A stretch of 64,000 nucleotides of DNA from positions 3,328,001 through 3,392,000 of the forward strand of contig OY761611.1 in assembly GCA_963664875.1 (NCBI GenBank), read 5' to 3'. Position 1 is the first letter of the stretch. Each line of letters begins with the position of its first letter. The DNA comes from Candidatus Kapaibacterium sp. (GTDB taxonomy: Bacteria; Bacteroidota; Ignavibacteria; Kapaibacteriales; UBA2268). Below, piece after piece: positions 21,037 through 31,110 of the stretch. A program made the position numbers and the translations under genes. The notes under the pieces were generated by a model. That model searched no databases, had not been told where the DNA came from, and saw only the letters and a list, made by a program, of their open reading frames with translations.

Positions 21037-21161
21037 GACAATGTATTCGATATTGAACCCGTATTGGTCAACAGAACTGTAAAAAGCTTCGTCTCATGAA
21101 TTAGAACAATGGAGTATGCTACATTGTTCCGGTAAGTAAAGATTGCTTAATTACTAATGAA

Positions 21162-21569
21162 GAGGCTGTCTCATAAATCCAAAATTGGGTACAAAATTAT
21201 GCTGTGGCATTTTTCCACCCCGTCATGCTTCGCATGCCACCCCTCAAGAGGGGAATTTTTAACTTCTTTACATAAAAAAGAGTTAAAGTATTTAATAGTG
21301 TATTTAATTGGGGCTGTCCCATAAGTCTGAGTTTTGTCATACTCTTTAGTAAAAGTAGAGGAAAAACAAACGTTATATTTTCTTCTACCGCAAGCTAAAG
21401 CATGCGGTTGCAATGAGTTACACAAGTGCAACCGACTGCTTCAGCTGTCGGTAAAACTTACAAACATCAAGAATATGTTGCAAATTTTGACTTATGAGAC
21501 AGCCTCTGCCATTAGGGCGGGGTAGTCGTTCTTGTTTAAATCATTCTTTTATACTTATAAGACAGTCTC
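21162..21569. mobile_element. Non-autonomous TIR element (outer), interrupted by a nested element
   Basis: Ends GAGGCTGTCTCATAA / TTATAAGACAGTCTC; internal REP-like CCACCCCGTC..GCCACCCCTCAAGAGGGGAA. Confidence 0.65.
21310..21506. mobile_element. 197-bp MITE copy 1
   Basis: ~18-bp TIRs GGGGCTGTCCCATAAGTC / GACTTATGAGACAGCCTC; near-identical to 41712..41908. Confidence 0.85.
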
Positions 21570-21895
21570 CTATTATAGAATTTAACAACTAAGCTGAAAT
21601 TTTCTAACTAGATTTTTGGGATGAACTAATAGTTTGCATTTTCACATAAAAAAACCCGGCAATGGCATACCGGGTTCAGGAGGTCTGTACTAATTACTTA
21701 AGATCAGGTAATATCTATTTCCAAAATATTAGCCTCAAACTTAAAACAAAGAAAAATCGCAGGACAATCTATATTGAGGATTGTTTGGAGCACCTAATTC
21801 TGTTTTTTTTAATCTCAAATTATCCTTGCAATCTCTTCGTTTATACTAATACACTCCAAAGAGCAAAAAAGTTACAAATATTTTTTAGGATACCT

Positions 21896-22816
21896 ATGGA
21901 TTCCATTCCAAAAATTGAAGATGCCATTGCCGGATTGCAAGGCGAAATGATTTCAAAGCTAATCATAACAGTTGCTATTGTCATTATTTTAAGCATACTT
22001 AGGACGCTTGTGCTGCGTTTGATACAAAAGTATGCAAAGAATCCACGCATTAGATTTAGTGCAAAAAAAATAACACTTAACGTAACTTTTATCTTCGGTT
22101 TTTTTTGGATACTAAGTGTATGGATAAACGAATTTCAGTCACTTTTTACTTTCCTTGGTCTGATAAGTGCAGGTGTGGCAGTCGCATTGAAAGATCCGAT
22201 AGTAAATATTTTTGGTTGGGTATTCCTGATTTGGCGTCATCCGTTCAAAGTGGGGGACAGGATACAGATTGGAGAGCAAGCAGGCGACATAGTTGATATT
22301 AGACTGTTTCAGTTTTCAATGATGGAGATAGGTAACTGGGTAAACGCTGACCAATACACAGGCAGAATAATAAATGTTCCTAATTCTCATATTTTTTCTA
22401 TGCAGCATAGCCTTTATTCTACTGACTTGGAGATGCTTTGGGACGAATTGGATATAACAGTATCTTTCGAGAGCAACCACAAAAAAGCAAAAGCACTTTT
22501 AGAAGATATTGTGTATGATTATAATAAAATATTCACTAACAAAATGAATACAGATTTAGCAAATGAAGATGGGAAATTTGCTTTAGATTCTATTCGCTTC
22601 AATCCGGGAGTGTATACCGAATTGAAGCCAAGCGGTATAAATTTTGTGGTCAGATATTTTTTCCCTTATAAAGAAAGAAGAAAAGCTAAACACGAAATAG
22701 TAGAACAAATTATAGAAGCCTTCGGCAAGACAACAGATATAGAATTTGCTTATCCAACGACGAGATTTTACCAGAGGCAGGAACAGAGCGAAAAAACTAA
22801 ATTCAATACCGATTAG
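21896..22816 (+). CDS. Mechanosensitive channel MscS family
   Basis: GLISAGVAVALKD, PFKVGDRIQIG..GDIVDI, FAYPT; start placed at MDSIPK. Confidence 0.9.
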   Translation: MDSIPKIEDAIAGLQGEMISKLIITVAIVIILSILRTLVLRLIQKYAKNPRIRFSAKKITLNVTFIFGFFWILSVWINEFQSLFTFLGLISAGVAVALKDPIVNIFGWVFLIWRHPFKVGDRIQIGEQAGDIVDIRLFQFSMMEIGNWVNADQYTGRIINVPNSHIFSMQHSLYSTDLEMLWDELDITVSFESNHKKAKALLEDIVYDYNKIFTNKMNTDLANEDGKFALDSIRFNPGVYTELKPSGINFVVRYFFPYKERRKAKHEIVEQIIEAFGKTTDIEFAYPTTRFYQRQEQSEKTKFNTD

Positions 22817-22914
22817 TTATTAATATTTTGATATATTCATATATCCTGCTCGCTGTGTCTGTCATTTTCTTTATATTGTGATAGTATATTATTTTTAATA
22901 TTTAGGCTGAAAAC

Positions 22915-24576
22915 ATGAAATTATCCAAGCTGTATGTTTTAATGTTCATTGTTGCCGCTTTCTATAATGCTAATGGGCAGGAGTTCCTCGAAGGCAGAAT
23001 TTCGGGTAACTTCCAATTTGAAGCTCAAACAAGCAAGGAAGACGAAAAAATCAATGCAGACAAAGTAAGGGAGGGAGTCCTTTCTTCCGGTTTTCTTAAT
23101 CTGAATTATAACAGTAGTTCTTTCGATGTCGGTATGCGCTATGAGTCTTATCTCAATCCTATTCTTGGTATTGATTCACGCTACAAGGGCAATGGTATTC
23201 CATATCGCTATGTTACTTATCATTCTGAAGATATTGAAGTAACAGCGGGTGATTTTTACGAACAGTTTGGTTCCGGTATGATATTCCGCTCCTACGAAGA
23301 ACGTTCGCTCGGAATAGATAACGCTATGGACGGTATCAGAGTAAAATTTAGCCCACTTGCAGGTGTGCGAATTACAGGTCTTGTGGGTAAGCAAAGGTAT
23401 TACTGGGAAAAAGGTAACGGCATTGTAAGAGGTGCTGATTTTGGCTTTTCAGCAGCAGAGATTTTGGGAGATATGTGGAGCAGCGATTATAATCTTGACT
23501 TAGGAGCGAGCTTTATTTCGCGTTTCCAGGAAGATGATGATGTGTTTTACTATTTACCTGAAAATGTATTTGCGTGGGCGGCAAGAGCAAATCTCTCCGG
23601 CTCATGGTTTACTTTGAATACTGAATATGCAAAAAAATATAATGATCCTAACGCCAATAACAATAAATCTTACTCTCAGGGGCAGGGGATTATCATTTCT
23701 TCAAGCGTTTTTGGTGATGGTATAGGCTTCTCGGCTGAAGTTCACCATATAGATAATATGGATTTCAGAAGCCAACGCGAAGCTCAAAAAACTGACTTGA
23801 TGCTTTCTTATATACCTGCTATTACCAGACAGCATACTTATAGATTACCTTCTATGTACCCGTATGCTACTAAACTAAACGGCGAATTCGGTATGCAGTT
23901 TGACTTTACTTATAAGTTTAAAAGAGGCACATTCTTAGGCGGAGAATATGGCACAACACTTCAGATAAATTACTCACAGGTCAATTCCATAGACACCACA
24001 GGTATAGATAAATATACTTACGATTCTAAATTATTTGGAATTGGTGATGATTTGTACTTTAGGGATTTGAATTTGTCACTTTCTTCACGTCTTTCTAAGG
24101 ATTTGAAAGCATCGTTTACTTATGTCTATTTGCTTTACAATAAAGACATAATGGAAAACGAAGGCGCTCCTTTTTATGGTGATGTAACTTCTCATTCAGT
24201 TGTAGCTGACCTAACTTATAAGCTGGCACAAAGAACTGCGATCAAAGGTGAAATCGAACATATGTGGTCGAGCAATGACTGGCAAACAGAAGACAGAATT
24301 CCTGACAATCTAAACGGGAACTGGATAATGGCTCTTGCAGAATTGACTCTAAACTCTAACTGGTTCATTTCTGTTTTCGATGAATATAATTATGGAAATG
24401 ATTGGGATGACAAACAGATACATTATGTCAAAGGAGCTGTAGCTTATGTGCACGAGACTACAAGAGTCTCTGTCGAATATGGCAAGCAACGCGGCGGTGT
24501 ATTGTGTGTAGGCGGTGTATGTAGAACAGTACCGGCTGCAAACGGATTTTATCTTTCATTAACATCATCATTTTAA
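22915..24576 (+). CDS. DUF6029-like outer-membrane beta-barrel protein
   Basis: Signal peptide, GDFYEQFGSGMIFR, C-terminal GGVLCVGGVCRTVPA..LTSSF. Confidence 0.75.
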   Translation: MKLSKLYVLMFIVAAFYNANGQEFLEGRISGNFQFEAQTSKEDEKINADKVREGVLSSGFLNLNYNSSSFDVGMRYESYLNPILGIDSRYKGNGIPYRYVTYHSEDIEVTAGDFYEQFGSGMIFRSYEERSLGIDNAMDGIRVKFSPLAGVRITGLVGKQRYYWEKGNGIVRGADFGFSAAEILGDMWSSDYNLDLGASFISRFQEDDDVFYYLPENVFAWAARANLSGSWFTLNTEYAKKYNDPNANNNKSYSQGQGIIISSSVFGDGIGFSAEVHHIDNMDFRSQREAQKTDLMLSYIPAITRQHTYRLPSMYPYATKLNGEFGMQFDFTYKFKRGTFLGGEYGTTLQINYSQVNSIDTTGIDKYTYDSKLFGIGDDLYFRDLNLSLSSRLSKDLKASFTYVYLLYNKDIMENEGAPFYGDVTSHSVVADLTYKLAQRTAIKGEIEHMWSSNDWQTEDRIPDNLNGNWIMALAELTLNSNWFISVFDEYNYGNDWDDKQIHYVKGAVAYVHETTRVSVEYGKQRGGVLCVGGVCRTVPAANGFYLSLTSSF

Positions 24577-24606
24577 TAAAAAGTAGCCTAATAAAGGAGA
24601 ACAGCG

Positions 24607-25440
24607 ATGAAAATAATATATATGACAGCAATTCTGGCAGCAGCTTTGTTTTTTGCCGCCTGCGACGAAGTGGAGGCTCCTTACCAGCCCGATGCATCGG
24701 AATTGATAAATGCAATAGGCCCAAATAATAAAAATGTTTTGATTTTGGAATTTACAGGCTGGCAATGTGGTAACTGCCCAAAAGCACACCACACAGTACA
24801 CGAGCTCGAAAAACTATATCCTGAAGGACATATTGTAGCAGTTGGTATCCACGCCGGCTCCTATGCTGTGCCTTTTGATGGACCTGATTTCAGAACTGAA
24901 GTCAGCACTCAATTGGAGCAGGAATTTCAGGCAGGCTTAGCCGGATTTCCAATCGGTATAGTTAATATGAAAAAAATTGACGGAAGTTTCTTAGCTTATG
25001 TTTCTGCTTGGGAAAAAGAAGTATTCAAAGAAGCCATCCTCGAGAAACAAGTGGATATTCAGTTGGATGCTAAGTACAGCAATTCTACTAAAGAAATCAA
25101 AGTTAATGTAGCTGTAGATTATCTTCAGCCAAGTTTGAGCGGAAGCAATCTTTCTGTTTACCTTGTACAGGATAGCATCATTGCAAAACAAAAAAATGAT
25201 GAGCTAAAACCGCCGATGGTAGAGGACTATGTTCACATGAATGTATTAAGAGAGTCCTTCAATGGTGTTTGGGGTGTGCCGGTTAATGCATCATCTAACA
25301 CAAGAGAGTTTACAATGAATATTGCTGATAAACCTGACTGGAAACCTGAAAATTTGCGTGTTGTAGCTTTTGTGCATGACTATAAAGGTACAAGAGAAGT
25401 ATTTCAGGCAGTGCAAACAAAACTAACAATAAGCGAATAA
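24607..25440 (+). CDS. Omp28-related outer membrane lipoprotein
   Basis: Lipobox FAAC, EFTGWQCGNCP, GIHAG, YVHMNVLR, VVAFV. Confidence 0.85.
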   Translation: MKIIYMTAILAAALFFAACDEVEAPYQPDASELINAIGPNNKNVLILEFTGWQCGNCPKAHHTVHELEKLYPEGHIVAVGIHAGSYAVPFDGPDFRTEVSTQLEQEFQAGLAGFPIGIVNMKKIDGSFLAYVSAWEKEVFKEAILEKQVDIQLDAKYSNSTKEIKVNVAVDYLQPSLSGSNLSVYLVQDSIIAKQKNDELKPPMVEDYVHMNVLRESFNGVWGVPVNASSNTREFTMNIADKPDWKPENLRVVAFVHDYKGTREVFQAVQTKLTISE

Positions 25441-25697
25441 TGTCCGACAAAAAAGACAAAGATACTAAACTCTATCCATGGGTATTGGTTTATACGACCA
25501 ATACCCTGATAGATGCCGAAATGCTCAAATCCAACCTCGAAAGCGGTGGCATTCCTACCCAGATTGTATCACAAATAGATACAACCCGTATGTTTACATT
25601 AGGTAATCTTGCAATAGTAAAAGTCTATGTACCTCATCCGTATTACTCTGATGCAAAAGCTATTATCGACCTGATAGAAAGCGGGGAAGAGGATTAA
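25440..25697 (+). CDS. DUF2007-like putative signal-transducing protein
   Basis: W..VY...AEMLKSNLESGGIP...VKVYV. Confidence 0.75.
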   Translation: MSDKKDKDTKLYPWVLVYTTNTLIDAEMLKSNLESGGIPTQIVSQIDTTRMFTLGNLAIVKVYVPHPYYSDAKAIIDLIESGEED

Positions 25698-25801
25698 ACT
25701 CCGATTTGCCACCAGAACTTAAAATACCTGCAACTTCCTTTATTTACGAATAATGATTCAAACCGTAAATGTAATAAAAACTTACATATAGAATCATTGA
25801 A

Positions 25802-26113
25802 GAGGCTGTCTCATAAGGATCTATTCGATTTTATAGTACGAAAAATTTAAGACAAAATGAGGCTGCAAGCCTCAAATATATTAGCCCGGGGCAACGTCCT
25901 GGGTAAGCTATGTCATTGAAATATAGAGCCCTGTAAGGGCGACCAGCTTGAGACGCATAAGGTCACTGCATCTCGACTCATTTCATTCGCTCGATAACCG
26001 CGAGCAAAGCGAAAAGTCGATGTCGAGCCTCGTCGAGGTATAGTTTAGCTTGCGGTTATTCTCATAGTTTATATTTAGAAAACTATGCTATCCTTTACTT
26101 ACGAGACAACCCC
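25802..26113. mobile_element. Non-autonomous TIR element with REP-like cargo
   Basis: Ends GAGGCTGTCTCATAAG / CTTACGAGACAACCCC; internal AGCCCGGGGCAACGTCCTGGG, GCCCTGTAAGGGC and TCGACT..CGCTCGA hairpins. Confidence 0.7.
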
Positions 26114-26176
26114 TTACCAAGACAATAAATTGACTTATTCGGGTTTAAAATGACTTTTGGGGGACTAAAATACTTA

Positions 26177-26704
26177 TCAAACTTCTAACTTCCTGAAGTT
26201 GCGTTTTAGAAGTAATGGCACAAATAGTCTATGGAAAGGTTTGACAAAGAAAAAGTAAAATCTTCCAAAGGAATTATTGTATTTCACAAGAGTCAAGAGG
26301 CTGACCTTCTTTACTTTCGAATTTGGGTCTTCGAGCCTAAGAAGCACTCTAAAATCAAGGTGTTTATCATCTTCGCCCATCACAATTTCGCTTTCTCCAA
26401 GCGCGAACACACGAAAAAGACCTGCCTGAGTGCCGGGCTGCCAAGTAATCTTAGCATTTTTGTCAACTATGGTATCATTTGTTTTAAGTTTGAAAGGAGA
26501 TACGAGCTTATCTCTGAGTGCAAGAAAGAAGTCAAACCATTTAGGGCTTGGTTGCATAAATGCGTCAGCGAAGCTGAATATAGTCATTTTGTTCTCGGGA
26601 TCGTTTATGCAGTATTCAAAACAATCGAGATAATCGTAATTATCAATATTAACTTTCTGAGTGGCAATCAGGCTGTTCGCATAATCAACATTTGATTTAG
26701 ACAT
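26177..26704 (-). CDS. DUF2867 family protein
   Basis: DYLDCF, LRDKLV, GEDDKHLDFR, GRFYFFFVKPFH; start placed at MSKSN. Confidence 0.85.
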   Translation of the reverse strand: MSKSNVDYANSLIATQKVNIDNYDYLDCFEYCINDPENKMTIFSFADAFMQPSPKWFDFFLALRDKLVSPFKLKTNDTIVDKNAKITWQPGTQAGLFRVFALGESEIVMGEDDKHLDFRVLLRLEDPNSKVKKVSLLTLVKYNNSFGRFYFFFVKPFHRLFVPLLLKRNFRKLEV

Positions 26705-27032
26705 GCCATCCTCCAATTTAGGTTTCGTTTTTAGAGATGTAAAGTAATGCAACTATTGGCTGCAAGTAAGTCATAAAACGTCAGGGATGAGATTATTGTT
26801 TCGTTTTAATATGAATATTTACGCAATTTAATTCGATATATTACAGAATCTAATTCACCATACATAAGTGAAATTATACTTGAACCTTTTTTGAACTAAA
26901 GAGTAGTTAAAAAACTAAGGAGGAGAAATCTTTACTCCTTTGAAAGGAATTGCTTATTTATTAAATTGTAAGATTTACTAAGCAACAAAACATAAACAGA
27001 AAAATATTTGTTTCATAGAAATTTGGTTTGAT

Positions 27033-30000
27033 TTGATGGATCAAAAAATGTTACACAGGATATTCGGCATATTGTCATTCGTTTTGGCGTTTGTCGTTTA
27101 CACAATGACGGTACAGCCTACCGTACCGTTTTGGGATTGTGGCGAGTTTTCAGCTGCAGCAGTATGGCAGCAAGTTCCACATCCGCCGGGAGCTCCTTTA
27201 TTTTTAATGATAGGTAAATTATTCCATGTATTGATACCGTTTGGTGAAGATGCATGGCGTGTAAATATGGTTTCGGTAACTTCAAGTGCGCTGACCGTAT
27301 GGCTTATCTATCTCATTACTGTAATGGTAATAAATAACTTCCGCAAAGAAAAAGTTGCCACACTTGGTGATGCTCTTGCTGTGTACGGATCATCATTTAT
27401 CGGAGCCGCAGCACTTACTTTTAGTGATACTTTCTGGTTCAACGCAGTTGAGTCAGAGGTTTACGCTGCCTCTTCTTTGTTTGTTGGTGTAGTTGTATGG
27501 CTAATGATGAAATGGAATGAAGAAGCAGACAATCCGAAACACGAAAGGTATTTGCTACTCATATTTTATCTAATTGGGCTATCGACCGGTGTCCACTTAC
27601 TTTCAATCTTAGCAATATTTTCTATTGTTATGGTTGTTTATTACAGAAAATACGAATACAGCCACAAATCATTTATCATAATGGGTTTGTTTGCAGTTGT
27701 AATATTTTTCGTAATCTATCCGGGTATAGTAAAATGGTTGCCGTCATTGCTTGCGGGCCACAGTCCATCGAAAAATGCAGCAAGAGAGTACGCAATAGAA
27801 AACAGCATGGGACTTACTATGCTGGCAGTTGCAGGCATAGCTGCTATCGCTTATGGATTTTACTATGGCCGCAAAAAAGGTATGCAAATATTGCAGCTAA
27901 TTAGCTCTGCATTCCTCTTGGTGCTTTTAGGATATACAACCTATACTCAGATACTTCTTCGTTCTAACGCAAATCCGCCAATGAACGAAAACGAACCTAA
28001 AAACTTCGCAAGTCTTTCTGCTTACCTCGGTCGTGAGCAATACGGAGATGCTCCGTTTTGGCCTCGTCGATATGAAGACAGAGAAATGATGACTTACAGA
28101 TACACGCAACGCGACGAACGTGGCGAATATATTTATGGTCCGTGGTATGCTCCGACTCAAAAAGAAGTGAGAAGGAAAGACGGCAATGCAATCCAAGTAC
28201 CTGATTTTCGCAATATCAATACTTCCGGTGAGTTGGCTTACTTGTGGAAATATCAGATGAATCACATGTATTTCCGCTATTTTGCTTGGAACTTTATCGG
28301 ACGAGGCACTGATGTGCAGGACGGCAATTATTATGTTTGGGGCAAAAACAACAGCGAATCATTGCATTATGATTCAGGATATGCAGATGAATTCCCAATT
28401 GCATTTTATGCTTTGCCTTTCATACTTGGTTTGATAGGTTTGCTATTCCATTTCAATAAAGACAGAAAGATGGCTTTCTCATTCCTCATTATGTTTTTAC
28501 TTATGGGTGTGCTGACAGCTATTGCTCAAAACCAGCAAGATCCGCAACCTCGCGAAAGAGATTATTTCTATGCCGGCTCGTTCATGGTATGGACGATCTG
28601 GATTGGTCTCGGCTCTTTTGCTATAATAGAACAGCTCAAACGTGCAGGTGGTAAAACTAATCCTGCAATAGTATCAATCGTGCTGATAATATCATTTATT
28701 GTTGCTCCTCTTAACATGGCACAGGGCTGGAAGATTCATAGCCGTGCAGGCAACTATTTACCTTTTGATTACTCATACAACATTTTGCAAAGTACCGAAG
28801 CAAATGCTATCATATTCACAAACGGCGATAATGATACATTCCCTCTTTGGTTTATCCAAGACGTTGCAGGAGTAAGAAGAGACGTGAGAGTGGTCAACTT
28901 ATCTTTGGGTAACACGCTTTGGTATGTTGATCAGGTTAAAAACAGACAACCTTGGGGTGCAGAAAAGATACCTCTAAGTTTTGCAGATGATTCTATACAG
29001 GTAAACGAAGACGATCCAAGAGCCTTAACTTACGATTTCGGCGAAATCAGAAATGTTACGATTCCTGTTCGACCTGAAATCTTAGCAAAATATACAGACA
29101 ATAAAGAGATTATCAACTCCGGTCAATGGTCATTCAGATTTGAAGGCAAACCATTCAGAGAGTACGAAGGCAAGATGATTCACCTGTTTAGAGTGCAGGA
29201 TAAACTTATCCTTGATATATTGCAGAAGACAAGATTTGAAAGACCGGTGTATTTCTCAGCTACAGTTGGCCCTGATGCATTCTGTGGTTTAGAACCATAT
29301 TTCAGAACGGAAGGTATGGCTCATAGAATTTGCCCTGTTCCTCAAAGGACAGGCAGTGGCTCTGGTATATCACCTGAAATACTTGAAGCAAATTTGATGA
29401 ATGTTGATAACTCAAATGACTTCAGCAAAACACCTAAGTATGGCTTTAAATTGCGTAATCTGAATAATATGGATGTGTATTATGATGAAGTACACAGACG
29501 CATTATGGGGACTTACCGTCATTTGTATCTCACTTATGCAGAGTATCATGTAAGAGAGGGTAACTTCAAAAAAGCAGCTGAAGTATTAGACGTGCTAAAC
29601 GAAAATATATCACCTGTTCAGTTCCCATTACCTCATGATGTTGCTGCACAGATAGTGAATATATATGAAAAAGCCGGGCAAAAAGACAAAATAACTGCTG
29701 TCGCAGAAGCCGGTTTGAAATATGCAAATACTCTAATCGAAAATCCAAAACTTCGTGAAGATTTGACTTTCTACGAGATTGTTCACTTCAGATATGGTCC
29801 GTTCCAGGCAGCTATTGATTTATATTCTGCTTTGGGCGACTATGCAAGTGCAAAAGGCATCATCGATGAATGGGTAAAACAAATTGATATGTTCAAAAAC
29901 CAAAATTTGGGTAACTCATCTCAGTATCAAAGAGAAATAGCACAGTTAGAAGCTAATAAAGCCAGAGTAGGAATGATTTCTGCTAAGCTGATAATCAAAG

Positions 30001-30197
30001 AGACTGAAGCTAAATCAGGAGCAAAAGCTGCCTTAGACACAGCAAATGCAATGATTGAGAAGTATAAAGCAACAAACAATATACTATTTAATCACTTTTC
30101 CGATACAGAACTTGGTGATGTTGTTAGAGAGCTAAATGAAAAAGTGTATCCGGGACAAAATATCCCGGCTGATACAAATGCTGTAGCTCAAAACTAA
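27033..30197 (+). CDS. DUF2723 / TMEM260-like GT-C glycosyltransferase (putative protein O-mannosyltransferase)
   Basis: FWDCGEF, VPHPPGAP, WFNAVESEVY, RERDYFY, FTNGDNDTFPLW, C-terminal TPR-like helices. Confidence 0.88.
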   Translation: MMDQKMLHRIFGILSFVLAFVVYTMTVQPTVPFWDCGEFSAAAVWQQVPHPPGAPLFLMIGKLFHVLIPFGEDAWRVNMVSVTSSALTVWLIYLITVMVINNFRKEKVATLGDALAVYGSSFIGAAALTFSDTFWFNAVESEVYAASSLFVGVVVWLMMKWNEEADNPKHERYLLLIFYLIGLSTGVHLLSILAIFSIVMVVYYRKYEYSHKSFIIMGLFAVVIFFVIYPGIVKWLPSLLAGHSPSKNAAREYAIENSMGLTMLAVAGIAAIAYGFYYGRKKGMQILQLISSAFLLVLLGYTTYTQILLRSNANPPMNENEPKNFASLSAYLGREQYGDAPFWPRRYEDREMMTYRYTQRDERGEYIYGPWYAPTQKEVRRKDGNAIQVPDFRNINTSGELAYLWKYQMNHMYFRYFAWNFIGRGTDVQDGNYYVWGKNNSESLHYDSGYADEFPIAFYALPFILGLIGLLFHFNKDRKMAFSFLIMFLLMGVLTAIAQNQQDPQPRERDYFYAGSFMVWTIWIGLGSFAIIEQLKRAGGKTNPAIVSIVLIISFIVAPLNMAQGWKIHSRAGNYLPFDYSYNILQSTEANAIIFTNGDNDTFPLWFIQDVAGVRRDVRVVNLSLGNTLWYVDQVKNRQPWGAEKIPLSFADDSIQVNEDDPRALTYDFGEIRNVTIPVRPEILAKYTDNKEIINSGQWSFRFEGKPFREYEGKMIHLFRVQDKLILDILQKTRFERPVYFSATVGPDAFCGLEPYFRTEGMAHRICPVPQRTGSGSGISPEILEANLMNVDNSNDFSKTPKYGFKLRNLNNMDVYYDEVHRRIMGTYRHLYLTYAEYHVREGNFKKAAEVLDVLNENISPVQFPLPHDVAAQIVNIYEKAGQKDKITAVAEAGLKYANTLIENPKLREDLTFYEIVHFRYGPFQAAIDLYSALGDYASAKGIIDEWVKQIDMFKNQNLGNSSQYQREIAQLEANKARVGMISAKLIIKETEAKSGAKAALDTANAMIEKYKATNNILFNHFSDTELGDVVRELNEKVYPGQNIPADTNAVAQN

Positions 30198-30215
30198 ATT
30201 TATATTTGCTGATAT

Positions 30216-30252
30216 AAGCGGAACATACTTGCAAAATGTTCCGCTTTTTTTT
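30216..30252 (+). terminator. Intrinsic terminator
   Basis: AAGCGGAACAT..ATGTTCCGCTT hairpin followed by T-run. Confidence 0.8.
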
Positions 30253-30281
30253 AAATTGTTTGATTTTCTAATTGATATTTT

Positions 30282-30998
30282 ATGACTCCTTATTTATCAC
30301 TCATCATTCCTGCATATAACGAAGAGCAGCGTATAGCCGGTTCTTTAGAGAGTGCTGTCAACTACTTTTCGACTAAAAACTATGACTTCGAAATTTTAGT
30401 TATAGATGATGGTTCTAAGGATAATACTGTAAAGCTTGTTAAAGACTTTGCTGCGGAACAAATCAGACTGATACCTCAACCAAAAAATATGGGTAAAGGA
30501 GCTGCCGTTACAAGAGGTATGCTCGAAGCAAAAGGGGAAATAAGAGTTTTTTCTGACGCTGACTTTTCTACGCCTGTTTATGAAATTGACAAAGTTATAA
30601 GCACACTCTCCCAAGATATAGACGTTTTTATAGGTAGCAGAGCTTTGGATTACTCCATGATAAAAAAACATCAGCCTGCTTATAGAGAGTTTATGGGAAA
30701 AACATTCAATAAATTAGTCCAATTCTTTCTGATTAGCGGCATTAAAGATACGCAATGTGGATTTAAAGCATTCAAAGCTAAAGCTGCCGACGATATTTTT
30801 CAAAAAATGCAAATCCAAGGATTTGGATTCGATCTTGAAATAATCTTTCTTGCTGATAAATTAGGTTACAACATGCAGGAAGTACCTGTTGAATGGTACA
30901 ATGACGAAAGAAGCACTGTGAACCCCTTGAAAGATTCCATAACCATGTTTTTTGATATTTTCAAAGTCAAAAAGCTGCACAAAAACGACAGATTCTAA
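30282..30998 (+). CDS. GT2 polyprenyl-phosphate glycosyltransferase (dolichyl-phosphate beta-glucosyltransferase-like)
   Basis: IIPAYNE, VIDDGSKD, GKGAAV, DADFS, DTQCGFK. Confidence 0.9.
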   Translation: MTPYLSLIIPAYNEEQRIAGSLESAVNYFSTKNYDFEILVIDDGSKDNTVKLVKDFAAEQIRLIPQPKNMGKGAAVTRGMLEAKGEIRVFSDADFSTPVYEIDKVISTLSQDIDVFIGSRALDYSMIKKHQPAYREFMGKTFNKLVQFFLISGIKDTQCGFKAFKAKAADDIFQKMQIQGFGFDLEIIFLADKLGYNMQEVPVEWYNDERSTVNPLKDSITMFFDIFKVKKLHKNDRF

Positions 30999-31110
30999 TT
31001 TCCCAAATATCTTATTTCTTTCATTTTTGTCTTGATTATTCAAAAAGATTTGATAATTTGCCTTTTCAGATTTTTGAGTCAAGCCTTTTAAAATAGGAGA
31101 GAGGAATACC

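Noticed and set aside
21171-21525. Short ORFs 21171..21431, 21334..21525 and 41615..41815
   Set aside because: They lie within MITE sequence and are likely chance frames
21648-21676. Minus-strand terminator-like hairpin AACCCGG..CCGGGTT suggesting a hidden gene or sRNA upstream of mscS
   Set aside because: No convincing ORF or promoter could be assigned; evidence too weak
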